A stretch of 64,000 bases of DNA from Dehalococcoidia bacterium (GTDB lineage Bacteria; Chloroflexota; Dehalococcoidia; Bin125), in the NCBI GenBank assembly GCA_963663895.2, contig CAXXRD010000002.1, positions 32,001 to 96,000 on the forward strand, written 5' to 3'. Shown here piece after piece: positions 29,837 through 39,401 of the stretch (position 1 is the first letter of the stretch; each line of letters starts with the position of its first letter). Below the pieces are notes generated by a model. That model was not told the origin of the DNA. It saw only the letters and a list, made by a program, of their open reading frames with translations, and did not search any database. Position numbers and translations under genes: made by a program.

Positions 29837-31921
29837 ATGAACGTCCGGACCCATACGGAACTCGCGACCTTCATCTGGAGCATCTGCAACCTCCTGCGCG
29901 GCCCCTACAAGCGCAACGAGTATCGCAAGGTCATCCTTCCGCTCACGGTGCTGCGGCGCTTCGACTGTCTGCTCGCGCCCACCAAAGCGACTGTCCTCCA
30001 CACCAGCGAAACCAACCGCCATCGTGAGCCGAGCGTCGTCCACGCCCTGCTCCAGCAGGCGTCCGGGCAGCTCTTCTACAACACCTCGCCGCTGAAGTTT
30101 GAGCGGCTCCTGGACGACCCGAACCAGATCGCGCAGAACCTCAGCACTTACATCAAGGATTTCTCGCCCAACGTGCGCGAGATCATGGAGCGCTTCGCCT
30201 TCGACGTGCAGATCGCGCGCATGGACGAGCGGAACCTGCTGTTCCAGGTGGTGCAAGCATTCGCCAACGTCGACCTCTCGCCGGAGAACGTCGACAACAT
30301 CCAGATGGGCTACGTCTTCGAGGAGCTGATCCGCATCGGCGCCGAGCAGGCCAACGAGGAGGCCGGGGAGCACTTCACCCCGCGCGAGGTGATCCGGCTG
30401 ATGGTCGGCTTGCTCCTCTCGCCCGAGCCCGACCTGGGCAAAGCACACGTCGTCAAGACGATCTACGACCCGGCCTGCGGCACGGGCGGCATGCTTTCGG
30501 TCGCCGAAGAATATCTGCGGGAGCACAACAGCGAGGCGCGGCCACACCTGTACGGCCAGGACCTCAACGACGACGCCTGGGCGGTCTGCAAATCGGACAT
30601 GCTCATCAAAAGGGCAGAGGCCGGCAGCATCATTCGTGGCGACACCTTCACTGAGGACGGCTACGCGCGCCGCTCCGACGGCCGCAAGTGGACCTTCGAT
30701 TACATGCTGGCTAATCCACCGTTCGGCGTGGAGTGGAAGCAGCAGGAGCAGACGATCAAGCGAGAGCGGAACACGCTGGGGCACGAAGGGCGCTTCGGCG
30801 CGGGACTGCCGCGCATCAACGACGGCTCCCTGCTCTTCCTGCAGCACATGCTGTCGAAGATGCAGCCCGCCGAGAAAGGCGGCAGCCGCATCGCCATCGT
30901 CTTCACCGGCGACGCCGGCAGCGGCGAGAGCGAGATCCGCCGCTGGATCATCGAGAACGACTGGCTGGAAGCGATGGTGGCGCTGCCCGACCAGCTCTTC
31001 TACAACACCGGCATCTCCACCTATGTCTGGGTGCTGAGCAACCGCAAGGAGCCGCGGCGGCAGGGAAAGGTGCAGCTGATCGACGGGCGTCAGTTCTTCG
31101 TGAAGATGCGCAAGAGCCTCGGCAACAAGCGCAACGAGCTGTCCCAAGAGCAAATCGACGACCTGACGCGCATCCACGGCAACTTCGAGGATGGCGAAAC
31201 GCGCGACCTCACGGACGAGGACCCGATCACGCATCAGCCACGCACCCGGCCGCGCGTGGTGAGCAAGGTGTTCACCAACGAAGACTTCGGCTACCGCAAG
31301 GTCACCGTCGAGCGGCCGCTGCGCCTCAACTTCGCTGCTACTCAGGAGCGCATCGCCCGGATCGAGGAGGAGAAGTCGTTCCAGAACCTGGCGAAGAGCA
31401 AGAAGCGCGCCGGCCCGGCTCACGATGCCGAGATCGCTGAGGGGCAAGCCCGGCAGGAGACGATCCGTGGCCTGCTCCGCGCGCTCGGCAAGGCGATGGG
31501 CGCTAAGGTCGTCCCCGATCGGGAGGCCTTCGGCGCGGCGCTGGACGCCGCAACGGAGGCGGTGGATCTTCGGCTGTCTGCCCCGGAGCGAAAGGCCGTG
31601 CTGGCGGCGCTAGGGAAGCGCGACCCCGAGGCCGCCATCTGTCGCGACCGGCGCGGCGATCCCGAGCCGGATCCCGAGCTGCGCGACACGGAAACGGTTC
31701 CGCTGCGCGAGGATGTCGGCGTCTACGTCTCGCGCGAGGTGACGCCGCACGTCCCCGACGCCTGGGTGGACGCGAGCAAGACGAAGATCGGCTACGAGAT
31801 CCCGCTCAACCGGCACTTCTACGTCTACGAGCCGCCGCGCCCGCTCGATGAGATCGAGGCCGACCTGCAGACGCTGGAGCACGAGATCGCGGGGCTCCTG
31901 TCGGATGTCGTGCGGAGCTGA
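29837..31921 (+). CDS. hsdM: Type I R-M methyltransferase subunit
   Basis: LRRFDC, AGEHFTPRE, YDPACGTGGML, ANPPFG, FYNTGI.TY, IGYEIP.NRHFY. Confidence 0.96.
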   Translation: MNVRTHTELATFIWSICNLLRGPYKRNEYRKVILPLTVLRRFDCLLAPTKATVLHTSETNRHREPSVVHALLQQASGQLFYNTSPLKFERLLDDPNQIAQNLSTYIKDFSPNVREIMERFAFDVQIARMDERNLLFQVVQAFANVDLSPENVDNIQMGYVFEELIRIGAEQANEEAGEHFTPREVIRLMVGLLLSPEPDLGKAHVVKTIYDPACGTGGMLSVAEEYLREHNSEARPHLYGQDLNDDAWAVCKSDMLIKRAEAGSIIRGDTFTEDGYARRSDGRKWTFDYMLANPPFGVEWKQQEQTIKRERNTLGHEGRFGAGLPRINDGSLLFLQHMLSKMQPAEKGGSRIAIVFTGDAGSGESEIRRWIIENDWLEAMVALPDQLFYNTGISTYVWVLSNRKEPRRQGKVQLIDGRQFFVKMRKSLGNKRNELSQEQIDDLTRIHGNFEDGETRDLTDEDPITHQPRTRPRVVSKVFTNEDFGYRKVTVERPLRLNFAATQERIARIEEEKSFQNLAKSKKRAGPAHDAEIAEGQARQETIRGLLRALGKAMGAKVVPDREAFGAALDAATEAVDLRLSAPERKAVLAALGKRDPEAAICRDRRGDPEPDPELRDTETVPLREDVGVYVSREVTPHVPDAWVDASKTKIGYEIPLNRHFYVYEPPRPLDEIEADLQTLEHEIAGLLSDVVRS

Positions 31922-31970
31922 CGGCGCGGCTGTGGAGCACCGGCCCGGCATGAATCGAGCTGCGTGAGCC

Positions 31971-32171
31971 ATGCCGAAGGTGCAGGATGCGATCCGACTC
32001 GTGGAGCGGGACGGCTGGTACCAGGTGAGGACGAAAGGCAGTCACCGGCAGTTTCACCATCCAACGAAGCGAGGAACGGTGACCATACCCGGTCGCCTCC
32101 GTGACGATGTCGGGCCGAGGCTCTGGTCGAGTATCATGAGTCAAGCGGGACTCAGGAAGAGAAGCCGATGA
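31971..32171 (+). CDS. hicA: HicA-family mRNA interferase toxin
   Basis: DGWYQVRTKGSHRQFHHP...VTIP. Confidence 0.92.
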   Translation: MPKVQDAIRLVERDGWYQVRTKGSHRQFHHPTKRGTVTIPGRLRDDVGPRLWSSIMSQAGLRKRSR

Positions 32172-32509
32172 AGCTGACGTACGCAGTCGTCTTCGAGCGG
32201 ACCCCAAACAACTACGGCGCTTACGTGCCCGATGTGCCGGGCTGCGTCAGCACCGGCGAGAGCTGGGACGAGATGCAGGCGATGATCCGCGAGGCGCTCG
32301 CATGCCACATCGAGGCGCTGCTGGAGGATGGGGAACCGCTCCCGGAGCCGAAGATGTCCATCGACGACGCCATCGCGCATCACAGCGAACCCGTCCCCGA
32401 GGATGTCCTTGCGTCCTACGCCGAGTTCGGCGACCCGACTCCCGTGATTTCGACCACGTTCCATCTGGTCGAGATCGAGGTTCCCGCCCTGCAACCCGAG
32501 ACCGTCTAG
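32168..32509 (+). CDS. hicB: HicB-family antitoxin
   Basis: YAVVFE...YGAYVPDVPGCVSTGES..E..IREA...GEPLPEP; ATGA overlap with hicA. Confidence 0.92.
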   Translation: MKLTYAVVFERTPNNYGAYVPDVPGCVSTGESWDEMQAMIREALACHIEALLEDGEPLPEPKMSIDDAIAHHSEPVPEDVLASYAEFGDPTPVISTTFHLVEIEVPALQPETV

Positions 32510-32721
32510 GGGCTCGTCCGCGGGACTGTCGGCATGGCCGAATATTCCGACTCCAGCGAAGCCCTGCCCGAACCGTCGACCCTCACGTCGTTAAAGCCGA
32601 CATCAATGCGAGGAAGTTGACCAGAACAAGCCCCATCTTCCGTTTCGCGGATTGGGGCGAGTCACGCTGCGCCGTCGGGATACGAGACGGAAGCGGTGCC
32701 GGGTGAGAGAATCGACTCCCG

Positions 32722-33489
32722 ATGCTCACTTACCGGGCCCACGTCTACAACCTCGCAATGGCCGTGTCTGGGGAGGCCACGGACCTCGCATCGGCACTGT
32801 CGCAATGCGAGGCGGCGCTTCAAGTTGAACCCGATAACCACGTCACTCTTTCTGCTCACCTGCCAAGCTTGAGGAGCCAGGCCGCCGTGCTAAGGGCTGC
32901 CATCGATGCGTTCTACGGCGCCCTCCCCCCAGATATCCAAGATTGGGTCGCCCAAGAATCCCGGTTGTTGCGACACATGCGCTTCATCGAACACTACCTG
33001 GATCGGAGCCACCCCGGAGGGTGCTCCAGGGACCCGATTGACATCGTGAAGTTGGATTTGCCTGCCGTCATCAGGGAATTTGAATGATGGTATGGGACCC
33101 ACTCACCAACGGACACGGTTTTCGCCGATCGGCTGCAGCCCCACGTCGCCAATGGTCAACTGAACGCCGCAGTTAGAGAGGCGTGGGTCATCTTCAAGAC
33201 TCGCATGGTCGAGTTGTTCCACCTCCCAGCCGACACGGACGGTGACAAACTCGCAGGGAAACTATTCGGAGGAGAATCCGTCACCACACAGTTCCTGGCC
33301 GCCCATGAGCGCGAAGGGTACCTCCACCTTTTCAAGGGCCTGTACGCGTTGAGCCGTAACCCTGTCGCGCACAATGATGTGCCGCCAAGCCCGGAGGAGA
33401 CGGAGGCTGTGCTGGCGCTCCTGAACTCGGCGCTAGTGAGTATCGAAGCTGCTCACAACGAGGCTGTGGCCGAAACAGTCGGCAAGTAG
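32722..33489 (+). pseudogene. TIGR02391-like (HEPN-related) gene interrupted by in-frame TGA at 33085-33087
   Basis: ORFs 32722-33087 and 33205-33489 share a frame with one stop between them; AVREA.....R, DG.KL, EREG...LFKG.....RNPVAH. Confidence 0.75.
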
Positions 33490-33498
33490 GCATCAAAC

Positions 33499-34848
33499 TT
33501 GGTTGTACCTGTTTCTGCCGGCCCCTACCCCGCATACCGCGACTCCGGCGTCGAGTGGCTCGGCGAGGTGCCGGAGCATTGGGAGGTGCGCCCCTTCCGC
33601 CGTATCCTTCGAGAGTCACTCAAGTACGGTGCCAACGAGGCTGCCGAACTAGACGATCCGAACCTTCCGCGGTTCATTCGGATCACTGACATCGACGACA
33701 CTGGGCACCTGCGCGACGAGACTTTTCGTTCACTGCCGGTCGCGATCGCAGAGCCATATCTGCTTGAGTCCGGTGACCTACTGTTCGCCAGGAGTGGGTC
33801 GGTAGGTCGAACGTTTCTCTACGACGATTCGTGGGGCACGTGCGCCTACGCCGGATACCTAATCCGAGCTCGCGTAGACCTTGCCAAGGTCATATCGAAG
33901 TTCATCTCGTACTTCAGCGCTTCTCACTCCTACATGAACTGGCTCAGAACAGTTGCGATACAGGCGACTATCGAGAATGTCAGCGCCGAGCGTTACGCGA
34001 GGATGCCAATTCCACTTCCGCCCCTCGACGAGCAGCGGACCATCGCGGCTTTCCTCGACCGGGAGGCGGAACGGATCGACGCGTTGGTGGCGAAGAAACG
34101 GCTGCTGATCGAGCGGCTGGAGGAGTACCGGACGGCGCTGATCACGCGCACCGTGACGCGCGGCCTCCCGCCCGAAGCCGCCCGCGCCGCCGGCCTCGAC
34201 CCCGCACCCCGCCTCAAGCCTTCCGGCATGGAGTGGCTGGGCGATGTGCCGGAGCATTGGGAAGTGAGGCGACTTGCCAACGTGATTCAGTGCCTTGACG
34301 GGAGACGTGTCCCCCTCAATGCGGAGGAGCGTTCCGAACGTCAAGGCGACTTCCCGTATTGGGGTGCTAACGGGGTTCTCGACTACCTCGACGATTGGCT
34401 ATTCGATGAGCCGTTAGTGCTGTTGGGCGAGGATGGGGCTCCCTTCTTTGCGCCGAACAAGCGAGTAGCGTTCTCGGTCTCGGGCCGGATCTGGGTAAAC
34501 AACCACGCTCACGTACTGCGACCAGACGGCATTCACCAAGAATTCTTGATGCACCTCCTCAACATCACTGAGTACGCAGCTTTCATTGACGGATCCACTC
34601 GCGACAAGCTCACACAGGGAGATATGAATGGCATTCCCGTCCTATTGCCGCCGACGGAGGAGCAGGCCGAGATAGCCAGATATCTCCGCGCCGAGGTCGC
34701 GGACCTCGACCTTGTCGCCTACAGGGTTGAGCGGGCCATCGAACGCCTCCAGGAGTACCGAACCGCCCTCATCACGGCCGCCGTGACCGGCAAGATCGAT
34801 GTGCGAGAATCTGCTGAGGGACCAGCGTCTATAGTGGCAGAAGGGTGA
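33499..34848 (+). CDS. hsdS: Type I R-M specificity subunit
   Basis: YRDSGVEWLGEVPEHW and PSGMEWLGDVPEHW repeats, PPLDEQ, EYRTALITAAVTGKIDV; two lower-GC TRDs. Confidence 0.96.
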   Translation: MVVPVSAGPYPAYRDSGVEWLGEVPEHWEVRPFRRILRESLKYGANEAAELDDPNLPRFIRITDIDDTGHLRDETFRSLPVAIAEPYLLESGDLLFARSGSVGRTFLYDDSWGTCAYAGYLIRARVDLAKVISKFISYFSASHSYMNWLRTVAIQATIENVSAERYARMPIPLPPLDEQRTIAAFLDREAERIDALVAKKRLLIERLEEYRTALITRTVTRGLPPEAARAAGLDPAPRLKPSGMEWLGDVPEHWEVRRLANVIQCLDGRRVPLNAEERSERQGDFPYWGANGVLDYLDDWLFDEPLVLLGEDGAPFFAPNKRVAFSVSGRIWVNNHAHVLRPDGIHQEFLMHLLNITEYAAFIDGSTRDKLTQGDMNGIPVLLPPTEEQAEIARYLRAEVADLDLVAYRVERAIERLQEYRTALITAAVTGKIDVRESAEGPASIVAEG

Positions 34849-35426
34849 AGCGAGGACTGGCGGTGCGGGCAAGGCGGATGGTGAGGCGGCGGACGCGCAC
34901 CGAACACGGTGAAGCCCTTCCGGACTTGCCGGAGAACTGGCCGGAGGAACTCGGCGAAGAGGAGCTTGAGTACCTCTACACGGAAAGCCGCCTGCGGTTG
35001 CGTGAGACCATCGAATTCGGGGACCAACAGGAAGCGAAGGCGCTGGCCCTCATCCGGCTCGCTCTGATTCTCATCGCCGCCAGCGGCATCTTCGGCGATC
35101 TGCAACTGGAAGGCGCGTGGAGCGCGATCTCCATCGCGTCCGCCCTCGCGATCCTGTCATCGGTTCTCGTCGGCGGGGTCGCCTTTGTTCTGCTGCGTCC
35201 GCAGCGATGGGAAACGGGCGCCAACGTCGAGTGGCTTGCTCATTGGTCTGGGGCCGCTCCGCCGGCGATGAAGGCCGCTGTCCTTGAGACGCTCGTCGAA
35301 GGCTTTCGCAGGAACAATGCGATCATCCAGAAGCGCGGCGAACGGCTGGTCTGGCTGCTTTGGCTCGTGGCCTTGCAGACGGTCTGCGTCGTCAGCGTGC
35401 AGGTCGTGAGCGAACTGGATCTTTGA
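34845..35426 (+). CDS. Hypothetical 3-TM membrane protein
   Basis: Three hydrophobic segments; GTGA overlap with the hsdS stop. Confidence 0.7.
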   Translation: MKRGLAVRARRMVRRRTRTEHGEALPDLPENWPEELGEEELEYLYTESRLRLRETIEFGDQQEAKALALIRLALILIAASGIFGDLQLEGAWSAISIASALAILSSVLVGGVAFVLLRPQRWETGANVEWLAHWSGAAPPAMKAAVLETLVEGFRRNNAIIQKRGERLVWLLWLVALQTVCVVSVQVVSELDL

Positions 35427-35441
35427 ACAGGGCGGGAGGCA

Positions 35442-35609
35442 CTAGCCAATGCCCTTCTTGAGCAAGGTGCTGGGCGATCCCGGCGGGCGCTTGCCCTCAC
35501 CCTTGGGGCCGCCGCTCCTTGTGGCTGGCGTGCTGGGCTTCCCAGACGGTTTTGGAGGCGGCGCCTGGGGCTGGTCCGCCTGACCGCGTGTTCCCGTGTC
35601 GCTAGCCAT
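35442..35609 (-). CDS. Possible 55-aa Pro/Gly/Lys-rich peptide
   Basis: MASDTGT...PPGSPSTLLKKGIG; ATG preceded by an AT-rich segment; convergent with the 3-TM gene. Confidence 0.35.
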   Translation of the reverse strand: MASDTGTRGQADQPQAPPPKPSGKPSTPATRSGGPKGEGKRPPGSPSTLLKKGIG

Positions 35610-35714
35610 AGTGCAATTATTGAAGGCCTGCACAAGGAAGTCAAAGTACGCTTTGTCCGTTGCTCCCGCCACCAGCGGGGGCGCGGCAAGTACCTGGAGG
35701 GGAATATCGACCTG

Positions 35715-35764
35715 GCCCTCGTTCCGGCCGCCGTCACCGGCAAGATCGACGTGCGAGAATCTGC
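35715..35764 (+). repeat. Duplicate of the hsdS 3' end (34765-34814)
   Basis: 45/50 nt identical by manual alignment; encodes AAVTGKIDVRESA. Confidence 0.9.
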
Positions 35765-35796
35765 CCGCGAGCAGCTCGCCGCGAACTAGGCCGCCC

Positions 35797-38700
35797 ATGA
35801 CCAGCCAGACCAACGAGCAAGCCTTCGAGACCACCGTCGAGTCGATGCTTCTCGTCGGCGGCTGGCGGGCGGCCAACCTGGACGAGTGGGACACCGAGCG
35901 GGCGCTCTTCCCGGCGCGCGCGCTCGCCTTCCTGCGCGAGACGCAGCCCGAGCAGTGGGCGGCAATGGACCGCCTCCACGGCGACAACCTGGAGGCGATG
36001 ATCACCGATGCGCTGGTGAAGGAGCTCGACCTCAAGGGGTCGCTGCACGTCCTGCGGCACGGCTTCAAGTTCTACGGCAAGAGCTTCCGCCTCGCCTCCT
36101 TCAAGCCGGCGCACGGCCTCAACGCCGAGGCGCTGGCGCGGTTCGCCCGCAACGCGCTGACCGTCACGCGCCAGGTGCCCTGCCATCCGGGCAAGGGCGA
36201 CACTCTCGACCTCGTCTTCGCCCTCAACGGGGTGCCGGTCGCGACCTGCGAGCTCAAGAACCCGATGACCGGCCAGACGTGGCGCCACGCCGTGCGCCAG
36301 TACCAGCAGGACCGCGACCCCAACGCCCCCATCTTCCGCTTCCAGAAGCGGGCCCTCGTCCATTTCGCCGCCGACCCCGACGAGGTGCACATGACGACGC
36401 GCCTCGCCGGCGATGCGACGCGCTTCCTGCCCTTCAACCGCGGCAGCAGCCCCGGCGCCGTCGGCTGCGGCGCCGGCAACCCCCAGCATGCATCCGGCTA
36501 CCGCAGCGGCTACTTCTGGCAGGAGGTGCTCGAACGGGAGCGCTTCCTCGACATCCTCGGCTCCTACCTCTTCGTGGAGCGCCGCGAGGAGAAGGTCGAG
36601 GACGGCCAGGGCGCGCGCACGGTCCAGCGCGAGAACGTGATCTTCCCGCGCTACCACCAGCTCGACGCCGTCGGCCGGCTGGTGACGGCGGCCGGAAGCG
36701 AGGGGCCGGGGCGCAACTACTTGATCCAGCACTCGGCCGGCAGCGGCAAGACCAACAGCATCTCCTGGCTCTCGCACCGGCTCGCCAGCCTGCACGACGC
36801 CGGCGACGCCAAGGTCTTCGACTGCGTCGTCGTCATCACCGACCGCCGTGTCCTCGACCAGCAGCTGCAGGACGCCATCTACCAGATCGAGCACGCGCAA
36901 GGGGTCGTCAAGGCGATCGACCAGGATTCGCAGCAGCTGGCGCAGGCGCTCGTCGACGGCACCAAGATCGTGATCACGACGCTGCAGAAGTTCCCCTTCG
37001 TCTTGAAGGGCCTCCTACGCGCCGCCGGCGCCGCCGATCCCAAGACTCCGACCGAGGAGGAGAGCGCCCAAGCCGCCGAGTGGCGCAAGGCGATCGCCCG
37101 GCGCACCTACGCCGTCATCGTCGACGAGGCGCACAGCAGCCAGAGCGGCGAGAGCGCGCGCGAGATGAAGGCCATCCTCGGCGCTCGCGCGCAGGCGGCC
37201 GCCGGAGAAGCCGAGGACTGGCAGGACGGCCTCAACGCCGTCGTCGAGTCACGCGGCCCGCAGCCCAACCTCTCCTTCTTCGCCTTCACGGCGACTCCCA
37301 AGGGCAAGACCGTGGAGCTGTTCGGCCGGCCCGCGCCGGGCGGCGCGCCGCGGGCCTTCCACGTCTACAGCATGCGGCAGGCGATCGAGGAAGGCTTCAT
37401 CCTCGACGTGCTGCGGCACTACATCGACTACGACGCCTACTACCGCTTGGTGAAGCAGGCCGAGGACGATCCGACCGTGCCCAAGCGCCGCACGGCCGTG
37501 GCCCTGGCGAGGTTCATGACCCTGCACCCGCACAACATCGCCCAGAAGACCGAGGTGATCGTCGAGCACTTCCGCAACCACGTGCGGCACCACCTCAACG
37601 GCCGGGCCAAGGCGATGGTGGTCACCTCGTCGCGCCTGCACGCCGTGCGCTACATGCAGGCCTTCCAGCGCTACCTCGCCGAGCAAGGCTACAGCGACGT
37701 GCGCCCCCTGGTCGCGTTCAGCGGCACGGTCCGCGACCCCGACACGGGCGAGGAGTTCACCGAGCCCGGCATGAACACCGACATCGTGACGGGCAAGCCG
37801 ATCGGCGAGAGCGCGCTGCCTGCCCGCTTCGCCTCGCCCGACTACCAGATCCTGCTGGTGGCGGAGAAGTACCAGACCGGTTTCGACCAGCCGCTGCTGC
37901 AGGCGATGTACGTGGACAAGCGCCTGGACGGCGTGCAGGCCGTGCAGACGCTCTCGCGCCTCAACCGCGTCGCGCCGGGCAAGGCGCCCCCCTTCGTCCT
38001 CGACTTCGTGAACGACCCCGAGGAGATCTGCAGCGCCTTCGCGCCCTACTACGACCGCACGAAGCTGCTGGCCGCCTCCGACCCGCACCAGCTCGAATCC
38101 CTGAAGCACGAGCTGGACGGCATGCAGGTCTACCACCAGAGCGAGGTCGAGGCGTTCGCCCAGATCTTCTATCTTCCTGCTTCGAAGCGAAGTGCGGGCG
38201 ACCATGCCCGGCTCGAAAGGCAATTGCAGCCTGCCCGCGATCGCTTCGCAGCGCTCGACGAAGACGGGCAGACGGCGTTCCGCGACCGCCTGGGCGCGTT
38301 CGTGCACCTCTACGCCTTCCTGAGCCAGATCATCCCCTACGGCGACAGCGAGCAGGAGCAGCTCTCCTCGTTCGGCCGGGCGCTGCTCCCGCACCTGCTG
38401 CCGGATCGGGACGACGGCGCGATCCATCTCAGCGACGACGTGGAGCTGGAGTACTACCGGCTGCAGCGCGTCTCGTCCGGCGCGATCGGCGTCGGGGAGG
38501 AGGAAGAGGCCTACGTCACGAGCCCCACCGCCGTGGGTACGGGCAACCTCGAGGAGGAGCGGGCGCCGCTCTCGGAGATCATCGACCGCCTCAACGAGCG
38601 GTTCGGCACGGAGTTCACGAAGGAGGATCGACTGTTCTTCGAGCAGGTGAAGGAGCGTGGTGTCCGCGATGAGAATATCCGGCAGATGGCTCTCGCGAAC

Positions 38701-38889
38701 CCCTACGACAAGTTCGCGCTGGGCATCCGGGCCCTCATCCAGCAGTTGATGTTGGAGCGCATGGCCGACAACGACGCCATCGTGACGCGCTACATGAGCG
38801 ACAAAGCATTCGAGGAAACGGCCTTTCCCGTCCTCGCCCGTGAGATATTCGACACGGTCACGGCCGGGACGACGCCAGAGCAAGCCTAA
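35797..38889 (+). CDS. hsdR: Type I R-M restriction subunit
   Basis: MTSQTNEQAFE start, DLV..LNG.P.ATCELKN nuclease, QHSAGSGKT, IVDEAH, FTATP, QTGFDQP, QTLSRLNR. Confidence 0.96.
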   Translation: MTSQTNEQAFETTVESMLLVGGWRAANLDEWDTERALFPARALAFLRETQPEQWAAMDRLHGDNLEAMITDALVKELDLKGSLHVLRHGFKFYGKSFRLASFKPAHGLNAEALARFARNALTVTRQVPCHPGKGDTLDLVFALNGVPVATCELKNPMTGQTWRHAVRQYQQDRDPNAPIFRFQKRALVHFAADPDEVHMTTRLAGDATRFLPFNRGSSPGAVGCGAGNPQHASGYRSGYFWQEVLERERFLDILGSYLFVERREEKVEDGQGARTVQRENVIFPRYHQLDAVGRLVTAAGSEGPGRNYLIQHSAGSGKTNSISWLSHRLASLHDAGDAKVFDCVVVITDRRVLDQQLQDAIYQIEHAQGVVKAIDQDSQQLAQALVDGTKIVITTLQKFPFVLKGLLRAAGAADPKTPTEEESAQAAEWRKAIARRTYAVIVDEAHSSQSGESAREMKAILGARAQAAAGEAEDWQDGLNAVVESRGPQPNLSFFAFTATPKGKTVELFGRPAPGGAPRAFHVYSMRQAIEEGFILDVLRHYIDYDAYYRLVKQAEDDPTVPKRRTAVALARFMTLHPHNIAQKTEVIVEHFRNHVRHHLNGRAKAMVVTSSRLHAVRYMQAFQRYLAEQGYSDVRPLVAFSGTVRDPDTGEEFTEPGMNTDIVTGKPIGESALPARFASPDYQILLVAEKYQTGFDQPLLQAMYVDKRLDGVQAVQTLSRLNRVAPGKAPPFVLDFVNDPEEICSAFAPYYDRTKLLAASDPHQLESLKHELDGMQVYHQSEVEAFAQIFYLPASKRSAGDHARLERQLQPARDRFAALDEDGQTAFRDRLGAFVHLYAFLSQIIPYGDSEQEQLSSFGRALLPHLLPDRDDGAIHLSDDVELEYYRLQRVSSGAIGVGEEEEAYVTSPTAVGTGNLEEERAPLSEIIDRLNERFGTEFTKEDRLFFEQVKERGVRDENIRQMALANPYDKFALGIRALIQQLMLERMADNDAIVTRYMSDKAFEETAFPVLAREIFDTVTAGTTPEQA

Positions 38890-38948
38890 TGGATCTGCCG
38901 CTTCGGCGAGGCGGAGGAGTGGACGCGGATGGTCAGGGGCATGCCGCA

Positions 38949-39043
38949 CCCACCGCGCAGAGTCGCTTGACCAGCCCTTGTACCGCGAGCACCTGCACGG
39001 ACTCCACGGACCATACTCTGCGGGTGGGTTCCGCCAGCTTGAA
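38949..39043. repeat. Diverged 95-bp direct repeat, copy A (partner 41860-41954)
   Basis: Ungapped manual alignment 65/95 identical with core CGAGCACCTGCACGGA. Confidence 0.7.
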
Positions 39044-39401
39044 TCTGTCCACCGGGGCCATCCGTGGGGAAGGTACTGTCATCTCAACGACACTCTCGCC
39101 TGCGACGCTAAGAAGATAACCTATCGGCCGTCAGGCCTCATATCCTCCCGCTCACCGAGCCGGAGCCCACGGGCTGGCATTCGCTAGATAACGGTCGAAC
39201 CCCACACCGCTGTCAGGTCAATGGAGGAGTGTTGCCAAGAATCTGCTCAAAGCACTCCCTATGCAGCGAGAAGAGTGGAATTATTCGAAAGCCCAAGGGG
39301 ACTAGGGAGTTTGCCTACTCGAACATACGGCTCCATAGCCTCTCTGAACTTCATACCGCGCGCTTCTCCGCTATCCGAACAACGGCTACACGGCGGATCC
39401 A

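Noticed and set aside
33085-33087. Selenocysteine recoding of the in-frame TGA
   Set aside because: Not a redox-type protein and no evident SECIS-like hairpin
35596-35796. 67-aa N-terminal extension of HsdR in the ORF track
   Set aside because: Overlaps the hsdS-tail duplicate; the family-typical start is at 35797
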